From positions 5,676-29,675 of the forward strand of contig JABLTI010000025.1 of NCBI GenBank assembly GCA_013166835.1: a stretch of DNA of 24,000 nt. Reading direction: 5' to 3'. Shown here piece by piece: positions 17,414 to 23,948 of the stretch. The stretch comes from Promethearchaeati archaeon. Its GTDB lineage: Archaea > Asgardarchaeota > Heimdallarchaeia > JABLTI01. The position numbers and the translations under genes were made by a program. How positions within the stretch are numbered: the stretch's first letter is position 1; the number at the start of each line of letters is the position of its first letter. Below the pieces are notes generated by a model. The model did not search any database and was not told the DNA's origin. It saw only the letters and a list, made by a program, of their open reading frames with translations.

Positions 17414-18352
17414 GTGTTTAGTGTTGCTGGTTTTCTAATCACTATGCGTGAATCAATTGAGGCTGCTTTGATAATTGGTATTCTATTAACCTACCTAAGT
17501 AAAATGGGACATAAGGAATTAAGAAAAGACATCTGGTTAGGAACAATTGCAGCTATTCTTACTTCAGTTGGTGCTGCAATGTTGTTTTACTTTGTCCTTG
17601 GTGGATTTGAGCAATACGAGGAAATAATCGAAGGTTTTGCTATGATAATTGCAGCAATAATTCTTACATGGGTTATTATTTGGATGATGAAAACGGGCAA
17701 AGATATGAAAGGAAAACTTGAGGATCGAATTGAGCTAACAATTAGTAAAGAGAAACGCTTTGGTTTAATATTTCTAGCTTTTATCTCTGTATTTAGAGAG
17801 GGTATTGAGACTGTTTTGTTTATGGTAGGTGTGGTTACTGTAGAAACAAATGTTTGGGCAATCATTTGGTCAAGTATCGCAGGCATTGCAGTTTCTGTGG
17901 TAATTGCAATTGCGCTCTTTTGGTCTGGTCAAAAAATCAATTTAAAACATTTCTTCAATATAACTAGTGTAATCTTGATTATTTTCGCAGCAGGATTATT
18001 TGCTCATGGATTACATGAATTCCAAGAAATTGGATGGTTCGGTTCTGAAGACTTCTTTTTCCAAAGAATCGTTTGGGATACGAGTGCCGTTCTCAATGAT
18101 AAGACAATGGAACTAGGAAAATTCCTCAGAGCACTTGTTGGTTATCAAGACAAACCCACGCGGCTAGAGTTGATTTCTTATGTTACGTATGTGATTGGTG
18201 CTAGTATAGGAATTATCTTGATTAAACGTCCAGGAAGAAAAGACAAGCAAGAAGTTGAGGAAGAAGAAACTGATGAAATCTCCATAGAAAAAACCTTGGA
18301 TCCTTTACCAAGTGAGACATCTATAGAGGAAGCAGTAAAGACTAATTACTAA
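17414..18352 (+). CDS. FTR1/EfeU-family high-affinity iron (Fe2+/Pb2+) permease with an acidic C-terminal tail
   Basis: The GTG start gives MFSVAGFLITMRESIEAALIIG, which aligns residue-for-residue with the E. coli EfeU N-terminus as I recall it (MFVPFLIMLREGLEAALIV). Two REXXE motifs are present: RESIE (17447-17461) and REGIE (17795-17809). There are seven hydrophobic helices. The tail is EVEEEETDEISIE... Confidence 0.85.
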   Translation: MFSVAGFLITMRESIEAALIIGILLTYLSKMGHKELRKDIWLGTIAAILTSVGAAMLFYFVLGGFEQYEEIIEGFAMIIAAIILTWVIIWMMKTGKDMKGKLEDRIELTISKEKRFGLIFLAFISVFREGIETVLFMVGVVTVETNVWAIIWSSIAGIAVSVVIAIALFWSGQKINLKHFFNITSVILIIFAAGLFAHGLHEFQEIGWFGSEDFFFQRIVWDTSAVLNDKTMELGKFLRALVGYQDKPTRLELISYVTYVIGASIGIILIKRPGRKDKQEVEEEETDEISIEKTLDPLPSETSIEEAVKTNY

Positions 18353-18363
18353 CCTTAAAGACT

Positions 18364-19455
18364 TCATTGACTAGCTCTATTCTTAATCGCTAAAATCTGA
18401 CCTCGAGAGAAGACTTCCTTTGTCATTCTTTTAGTTAATTCCTCTGGTATTTTTCCTTTTGATATAATTTCTTTGCCAGCTTGTTTTATAGCTTCAAAGA
18501 CTGGTGCGTATAAGGGTTGTAAGTTAGGAATAAACATCATCCAAGTAGCTGGTAAGAGTATTTCACCGAGATATGTCAAGTGCATGTTTTTACAAATTTC
18601 TTTGACATGCTCAACCATAGGATGAAAATTATCCATCTCGGAATAACCGCAAGGAGATAACAAAACGAGATGGGGCATCTTCGGATACCTCACAGGATGC
18701 CTATTGTGATTATCTATTATGATGAATTCAGGATCTAGAATACTTATTGTTCTATCAAAGTAATTTTTTAATGCTCCTGGAAGACCATCAGCATAAACTG
18801 GAGTAGCTAGGATCATTAAATCATATTCATGCATTTTATGGATGAGTTCATTAACATCATCATCATGAACGCATTTCTTATCTTTCCCTTCCCAGCAAGT
18901 GAAACAACCGTTACAAGTTTTATTTTCCAAATCTGGTAAGTAGACAGTATCTACTTCGCATTCACTTTCATCTAATCCTTGCTTAAGAATTGAATAAAGA
19001 AAACTTGTTGCACCTTTTTTCCTAGGAGAGCCAATTAAACCTAAAACTTTTCGAGGTTTAGTCCATTTCCCATCTCGTATTTCCTTTTCGTTTTCAGTTA
19101 ATGAATAATTTTTAATTTCCATCTGTATTCCTTCTGGATCACCAGAGAAATATTTCTCAAATTTTTCAAGTGTTTTATCATCACCTTCAACAACTAATTT
19201 ACCACTAGAAATTGCTTCTTCAATCAAAAGGTCCTTCGATAAGATAGCAATCCAATCTTTTGTTGTAGTAGTGATTTTTACAGAATGATTCTCAGGTTTC
19301 CCATCAATAAATTGACATTTTCCCTGACTAATCGCAAGAGCACAAGCTTCATCCTTTTTATCACTAAAATCAAAGAAATATATTTCTTCCACATTTTTTG
19401 CTTCTATAATATTCAAAATCAATGGCCAAACTTGCATAATTTTCTTCATGAGCAT
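18364..19455 (-). CDS. Fusion protein: N-terminal SCP2 (sterol-carrier-protein-2-like) domain plus Isf-type iron-sulfur flavoprotein / NADPH-dependent FMN reductase domain
   Basis: Residues ~1-105 show the SCP2 pattern (HSVKITTTTKDWIAILSKDLLIEEAISSGKLVVEGDDKTLEKFEKYF). Residues ~135-363 show LGLIGSPRKKGAT, then the compact Cys motif C181-NG-C184-FT-C187-WEGKDKK-C195, then VHDDDVNELIHKMHEYDLMILATPVYADGLPGALKNYFDR. This parallels the Methanosarcina Isf block C-x2-C-x2-C-x5-C..DDDM..PVY..LKALFDR as I recall it. Confidence 0.75.
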   Translation of the reverse strand: MLMKKIMQVWPLILNIIEAKNVEEIYFFDFSDKKDEACALAISQGKCQFIDGKPENHSVKITTTTKDWIAILSKDLLIEEAISSGKLVVEGDDKTLEKFEKYFSGDPEGIQMEIKNYSLTENEKEIRDGKWTKPRKVLGLIGSPRKKGATSFLYSILKQGLDESECEVDTVYLPDLENKTCNGCFTCWEGKDKKCVHDDDVNELIHKMHEYDLMILATPVYADGLPGALKNYFDRTISILDPEFIIIDNHNRHPVRYPKMPHLVLLSPCGYSEMDNFHPMVEHVKEICKNMHLTYLGEILLPATWMMFIPNLQPLYAPVFEAIKQAGKEIISKGKIPEELTKRMTKEVFSRGQILAIKNRASQ

Positions 19456-19510
19456 CCCTAGAATACAATTGACGATTAATAATATAAATGATTATTAATT
19501 AGAAAATAAA

Positions 19511-19618
19511 TGGCAGGCCCGGAGGGATTTGAACCCTCGACCCCCTACTTTTTTCGAAGGAAGTAGCTACTTGCCTTCTTAGAAGGCAGGTGCGCTGTCC
19601 TAACTGCGCTACGGGCCT
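19511..19618 (-). tRNA. tRNA-Arg(UCU) with a 30-nt intron at canonical position 37/38 and a genomically encoded CCA
   Basis: The minus-strand read folds by hand as follows. Acceptor AGGCCCG/CGGGCCT, D-arm GCGC-AGTTAGGACA-GCGC, anticodon stem CCTGC/GTAGG (one G:U), and loop C-T-TCT-A | intron | A. Variable loop GGGTC, T-arm GAGGG-TTCAAAT-CCCTC, discriminator G, CCA. The anticodon TCT is at 19581-19583. The intron is at 19550-19579 (AGAAGGCAAGTAGCTACTTCCTTCGAAAAA) and forms a helix-bulge-helix-bulge-helix with 3-nt bulges at both splice sites. Confidence 0.9.
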
Positions 19619-19831
19619 AAGAATTAAATTCTTTAGTAGTTTTTTCCTCTCTTTTTCTGTTTAAAATACTTATGGTGAGAAGAATAAAATATAGATTTTC
19701 CTTAAAGTGGATTAACTCAAATACTAATGCCTACGATTATAAAGCAATTAACAATTTCTATCATAAATAATCCCTAGAAGAAAATGTCTTTATTATAAAA
19801 TAAGGCACAATTATTAATATCTATATAACAA

Positions 19832-20602
19832 ATGATTTTTGTGAAGATAATGACTCCAAAACTCAAAAAGCGAAGACGAATTCTTTTAGGATTGATTCCA
19901 GTTTATGTAATTATTATTCTATTAGTTGGCTCTTTAATTTTCTTATCACAATCTTACAAACCCATGACTGAAGCATATACAGCTCTGAATTCAAATGAAG
20001 ATGTTACAATTACTAATGGAAAAGATTGGATCACATTTATTCCAACAGAAAATGCTTCAACAACAGGCTTCATTTTTTACCCCGGTGGAAATGTAGAACC
20101 AGAATCTTATGCAATAATTGCTCGAAATATTGCACTAAATAATTATACCGTTATTATTATTAAAATGCCATTTGATTTAGCGATTTTTTCTCCAAAGAAA
20201 GGAGAAAAAGTTATGGCTCTATATCCCGAAATTACTTCATGGATTATTGGTGGTCATTCGTTAGGTGGAGCAATGAGTTCTCGGTTTGTTTATGATGAAC
20301 CTGAATTATTTTCAGGATTAATATTGCTTGCTTCTTATCCAGCTGATTCAAATAACTTATCAAATTATAATCTACCAGTATTGTCGATTTATGGTTCATT
20401 AGATGGTATAATTAGTACACCAATACCAGATACACTTAGTTTATTGCCAGTAAATACAACTTTATTTGAGATAGTTGGTGGAAATCATGCTTACTTTGGT
20501 TCATATGGTGAACAAAAAGGAGATAATACAGCAACTATCACTCGAGCAGATCAACAAAATCAGACAGTTATAGCAATATTAGATTTTTTGTTGGTTAATT
20601 AA
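19832..20602 (+). CDS. Membrane-anchored alpha/beta-fold hydrolase
   Basis: N-terminal signal-anchor (RRRILLGLIPVYVIIILLVGSLIFL), nucleophile elbow IGGHSLGGAM, Asp in YGSLDGI and His in VGGNHAYFG. The specific subfamily is not recognised. Confidence 0.75.
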   Translation: MIFVKIMTPKLKKRRRILLGLIPVYVIIILLVGSLIFLSQSYKPMTEAYTALNSNEDVTITNGKDWITFIPTENASTTGFIFYPGGNVEPESYAIIARNIALNNYTVIIIKMPFDLAIFSPKKGEKVMALYPEITSWIIGGHSLGGAMSSRFVYDEPELFSGLILLASYPADSNNLSNYNLPVLSIYGSLDGIISTPIPDTLSLLPVNTTLFEIVGGNHAYFGSYGEQKGDNTATITRADQQNQTVIAILDFLLVN

Positions 20603-20693
20603 AACTAATTCTAAAAATTTTCATTATAATTATTAAAATTGACATAAGAGATTTCGCTAATTTTTTATTCAAAAAATTGTTCAAATAATAATA

Positions 20694-20724
20694 AAACGGA
20701 AAAAGAAGGAATAGAGAACTATTC
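20694..20724 (-). terminator. Putative terminator downstream of the cooS-like gene (short hairpin followed by a T-rich tract on the minus strand)
   Basis: On the minus strand, GAATAG-ttct-CTATTC (20709-20724) starts 5 nt after the TAA stop and is followed by CCTTCTTTTTCCGTTTTATTATTATTT. The stem is short (6 bp) and the context is AT-rich, so support is modest. Confidence 0.4.
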
Positions 20725-20729
20725 TTTCT

Positions 20730-22691
20730 TTATATCCCTAGTTTCTTTCGATTTGCTACTATATGGTTTTCAATGTTTTCCACTGCTTTTACTGCGTCTT
20801 TCTCAACGTCTAGTAATCCACCGGTTATGTCCTTCAAATCTTTTGTTAGTAGTCTTACGAGATTTGTTCCACCTGTAACTGTTGGTATTGGATTCACATA
20901 AGTATACAATCCGTATGCTAAAGCAAAAATTGCATCGATTGTTGCTTTTTGTTCCATGTATTCAGGTGCTGCAGCTGCTACTGGTAGATCTGGTATTGGT
21001 ACTCCTCCAAGTGCTGCTGAGACTGCGTGAACTAAATCTGCTAATCTTCCGGTATCTGTGCATGTTCCGTAGCTTAGAACTGGAGGTATTTTCAGTGCAT
21101 TGCACACTGCTTGTAATTTAGATCCTGCTAATTTTATAGCATCCAAACTACATAATCCAGCTACTTGGACAGCCCCATTCCCGCATCCGAGTGAAAGAAC
21201 GAGTATGTCTCTTTTGATTAATTCTTTTACAACAGCAACTGTATGAACGTCTTGTCCGTAATCTCTTAATGATGTACATGAAACCATTCCAACAATACCC
21301 TTAATTGATCCATCTTTAATCGCGTTTAGTAATGGTTCTAGTGTCCCGCCTAGAGCTTCTAAAATGCTTTCTGTTGAGAAGCCAACAATTGCTTCCCTCA
21401 TTGGTAGACCTGTGATTGGTTCAACAGTTTTCCTTCTTTCTTTGAAATTATCAACTGCCATTTGTAATAATTGAGCTGCTTGCTCCTCTGCTTTCTCTGG
21501 AAGATAATTTACTCTGTCAGTTACTCCATCAAATGCTACTAATTCGCTTACAGGAACTAATTTGAACTTGAATTTCTCTGCATAAATTGGATCCACAGGC
21601 ATTGAGCAATTCATGTCTGCTACGAATATGTCTACACTACCACTTGCTAGGATTGCCTCTTGCATGATCCAATTCCCAGTAAACCCATATAACACATCAT
21701 CCATTTCCCATCTTTGGATCATTTCTTGCCCAGTTTCAATGTTTGCGATTATTCGCAATCCTTTAGCTCCTTGTGCTTTTGCTTTTTCTTGCCATTCTTT
21801 CTTTCGGGCTAATTGAACTAAAGCAAATCCAAGAAATGGTTCGTGACCATTTGGTAAAACATTAACATAGTCTGGATCTAAAACGCCCAGATCAACTCTC
21901 ATTGTGTGAGGTTTAGGAATGCCAAAAATAACGTCCTGCAAGTATTCAGTCACAATTTGACTTTGATAAGCCATGGCAATACCAATTCTCATAGCTTTTA
22001 GAGCTAAACTAACGTAATACCCATCAACATTTGTTAAACAAGAACTAGTTGAAAGCAGTATTTCTCCATGAACTCCTCCTGGGAAAATCCCCAATTTTTT
22101 CCAGAGTTCTTTTCGTTCTTTTGGAGCTAATTTTTCAACGATAACACTTGGTTCATCATATTTCCTATTGAAGTCTTTTTCAACAAAATCACAAAATCGT
22201 ATGGCTATTTTGTTTATGTCTCCAGAAACATCCACTCCTAATCGTTGAGCAAAAGTCTTCAGTTTTTCTGGTTCTGTTATCTTGAAAGGTGTTTTTCCAT
22301 TTGCTATTGCTCTTAGTGTTTTCACTGTTTGCTCAGTATGATATTGATAGGTCGATGTTCCCATGACATTTCTTAATAACATCATTCGCATAGCCATACC
22401 ATCGCCTGTCATACCACAAACCCCACGCCTATCTGTTGCGACATTAGCACGACAAGGACCATTAGAACATAAATCGCACCTAACTCCTTGAAGACAGAAT
22501 TGACATCTTCGATCAGGGTCTCCAAAAGCTAACCCTTGATCTTCAAATCGATCCCAAACATTCGTGATGCCTTCTTTCTCAATTCGTTTGTAAACTCTAT
22601 CAATTTTTTCGTGTTCTTCCACTAATTCACTTCTAAGACGATCATACATTTTTATGACAGATTTATGCTCAGATATTCTTTCTTCTTCCAT
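20730..22691 (-). CDS. CooS-family protein (anaerobic Ni-CODH catalytic-subunit scaffold), deviant CooS-V-like variant lacking the C-cluster Cys-Cys
   Basis: 653 aa. N-terminal GITNVWDRFE, then C63-QF-C66-LQGVR-C72-DL-C75-SNGP-C80-RA...GVC92G (B/D-cluster region). CODH-type positions are retained: NGH283EP, ADMNC362SMP, MVSC472TS, LGC503GNG, SYGTC544TDTGR, EQK582A. The canonical G-I-C-C-T-G-N-E block reads A-N-I318-E319-T-G-Q-E. GGTGAT lies 6 nt upstream of the ATG. Confidence 0.85.
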   Translation of the reverse strand: MEEERISEHKSVIKMYDRLRSELVEEHEKIDRVYKRIEKEGITNVWDRFEDQGLAFGDPDRRCQFCLQGVRCDLCSNGPCRANVATDRRGVCGMTGDGMAMRMMLLRNVMGTSTYQYHTEQTVKTLRAIANGKTPFKITEPEKLKTFAQRLGVDVSGDINKIAIRFCDFVEKDFNRKYDEPSVIVEKLAPKERKELWKKLGIFPGGVHGEILLSTSSCLTNVDGYYVSLALKAMRIGIAMAYQSQIVTEYLQDVIFGIPKPHTMRVDLGVLDPDYVNVLPNGHEPFLGFALVQLARKKEWQEKAKAQGAKGLRIIANIETGQEMIQRWEMDDVLYGFTGNWIMQEAILASGSVDIFVADMNCSMPVDPIYAEKFKFKLVPVSELVAFDGVTDRVNYLPEKAEEQAAQLLQMAVDNFKERRKTVEPITGLPMREAIVGFSTESILEALGGTLEPLLNAIKDGSIKGIVGMVSCTSLRDYGQDVHTVAVVKELIKRDILVLSLGCGNGAVQVAGLCSLDAIKLAGSKLQAVCNALKIPPVLSYGTCTDTGRLADLVHAVSAALGGVPIPDLPVAAAAPEYMEQKATIDAIFALAYGLYTYVNPIPTVTGGTNLVRLLTKDLKDITGGLLDVEKDAVKAVENIENHIVANRKKLGI

Positions 22692-22873
22692 GAAAAATCA
22701 CCAAAAGGAAACGGTATTTGTATGCTTTACGATAATTGGTATGTGTAAAAATCTATTGCTTAACAAATAAAAGGAAAATAAAATCCCCAAATAATCAGCT
22801 TTTTGCAATCATTTTATAATGAATTGACTAGTATTGATTTGTTTTAAAATAATCAATTGTTTGTTGAGTTAAG

Positions 22874-23602
22874 ATGGAATACAGAAAACATTTGAAAAAC
22901 CCAATAATAACAGAAGAATCTGATCAAAGGAAAGGATTACCACTTCCTCCGATGCAAAAACCTTATCCTGAGGATGCTAAATTAATTGATTTAGTTTCTC
23001 CAGAGGATTTCAAAATTGGTGATGTTTCACTATTAAAGGCGATTAAGAACCGAGTTAGCCACCGCAATTATTCCAATGAATCATTAACTTTGGAGGAATT
23101 ATCATTCTTGCTTTGGTCCACTCAAGGTGTCAAAGAGCTTGCAAGGGAAGGTCGTATAACATTACGAACAGTTCCTTCAGGTGGTGCTATGCATCCCTTT
23201 GAGACTTATCTTTTAATTAACCGAGTAGATAGCTTAACACCAGGTCTTTATCGATATTTGGCAATTGAACATAAATTGCTACCAAAAACAACAGAAGCCA
23301 AAGATTTACCAGAGGAGATTAATGAAATCTGCAATAAACAGACTTTTGTTGGAAAAAGTGCTGTTGTGTTTATTTGGAGTGCTAGACCCTATCGTACAGA
23401 ATGGCGCTATGGTGATGATTCTCTCAAAGACATTTTAATAAGTGTTGGACACATTTGTCAAAATCTCTATTTGGCTTGTGAAGCAATAAATTCAGGAACA
23501 TGTGCTATAGTAGCCTACAATCAAGATAAACTTGATGAATTCATTAGTGTTAATGGAGATAATGAAATATCTCTTTATGTAGCACCTGTTGGTAAATTAT
23601 GA
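22874..23602 (+). CDS. SagB-type dehydrogenase domain / nitroreductase-family flavoprotein
   Basis: 242 aa with the typical pattern: AIKNRVSHRNYS..LTLEELSFLLWSTQGV, then LRTVPSGGAMHPFETYLLINRVDSLTPGLYRYLAIEHKL, then a C-terminal nitroreductase core (VVFIWSARPYRTEWRYG...GHICQNLYLACEA). Confidence 0.8.
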   Translation: MEYRKHLKNPIITEESDQRKGLPLPPMQKPYPEDAKLIDLVSPEDFKIGDVSLLKAIKNRVSHRNYSNESLTLEELSFLLWSTQGVKELAREGRITLRTVPSGGAMHPFETYLLINRVDSLTPGLYRYLAIEHKLLPKTTEAKDLPEEINEICNKQTFVGKSAVVFIWSARPYRTEWRYGDDSLKDILISVGHICQNLYLACEAINSGTCAIVAYNQDKLDEFISVNGDNEISLYVAPVGKL

Positions 23603-23626
23603 TTTTAATACAAAATACATTCATTC

Positions 23627-23653
23627 GAGAAGTTTTTACTTCTCTTTTTTTTT
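23627..23653 (+). terminator. Intrinsic-terminator-like hairpin plus T9 tract after the SagB-type gene
   Basis: GAGAAGT-tttt-ACTTCTC (perfect 7-bp stem, 23627-23644) is followed immediately by nine T (23645-23653), 25 nt after the stop codon. Confidence 0.55.
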
Positions 23654-23720
23654 ATAATCAATTAATATTACTTGAGATCTTATTATAAGAAATAGATTTT
23701 TAAATTTAGAAGACGATTTG

Positions 23721-23948
23721 ATGATTATGTCAATCGAGAAGAAAGGCGATAAAGTTAAGTTTTCCATTCATATCTGCGATATTTGTGCTTCAGAACGACA
23801 GATGAAATTTGATATTTTTCGTTTGAAACGAACTCGAGTGCGAAATAAGCAACCATGTGCTATTTGTAATGCCTCAACTAATTCGGCTTATGTAGGTATT
23901 GCAGATTCTGAGACTGAAGCTGAACAGATAAAAGAGAAACTTGCATAG
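23721..23948 (+). CDS. Small zinc-ribbon-like protein (two CxxC pairs), function unknown
   Basis: ORF of about 75 aa with C-DI-C ... 26 aa ... C-AI-C. A TTTTTAAATTT box lies about 15-25 nt upstream, which suggests a leaderless or near-leaderless mRNA. Possible starts are TTG 23718, ATG 23721 and ATG 23727. Downstream there is a stem AAAATGGG/CCCATTTT (23951-23987) that encloses a T7 run. The coding status of an ORF this small is uncertain. Confidence 0.45.
   Translation: MIMSIEKKGDKVKFSIHICDICASERQMKFDIFRLKRTRVRNKQPCAICNASTNSAYVGIADSETEAEQIKEKLA

Noticed and set aside
17267-17416. 10-nt repeat AAGAATTGTG at 17267-17276 and 17407-17416 upstream of, and overlapping, the FTR1 start
   Set aside because: It is a single pair of short AT-rich words 140 nt apart. 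There is no symmetry or phasing and no resemblance to known Fur/DtxR-type boxes. It is plausibly chance.
19672-19770. 32-aa basic ORF (MVRRIKYRFSLKWINSNTNAYDYKAINNFYHK) in the tRNA-hydrolase intergenic region
   Set aside because: It is tiny, has AT-driven composition and no SD or clear promoter, and overlaps the likely tRNA promoter region on the other strand. The evidence is insufficient.
20730-22691. Calling the CooS gene evidence for a Wood-Ljungdahl CODH/ACS or a CO-oxidising Coo hydrogenase module
   Set aside because: There are no acs/cdh, cooC, cooF or hydrogenase genes nearby, and the C-cluster motif is incomplete (I-E instead of C-C). Only the scaffold family is supported.
18364-23602. 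tRNA-Arg as the integration site of a genomic island or provirus
   Set aside because: There is no integrase, no transposase, and no visible direct repeat of the tRNA 3' half on either side. The flanking genes are ordinary metabolic genes, and composition looks like the rest of the window by eye.
23715-23730. TGATGA (C-box-like) sequence suggesting a C/D box sRNA
   Set aside because: It overlaps the start-codon cluster of the zinc-ribbon ORF. There is no properly spaced D box (CTGA), C'/D' pair or terminal stem.
22874-23948. SagB-type dehydrogenase plus a nearby small Cys-containing ORF read as a thiazole/oxazole (TOMM/RiPP) biosynthetic cluster
   Set aside because: There is no YcaO cyclodehydratase, E1-like/Ocin-ThiF partner, protease or exporter in the window. 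A strong terminator separates the two genes. The small protein has a zinc-ribbon Cys pattern and no Cys/Ser/Thr-rich core peptide.
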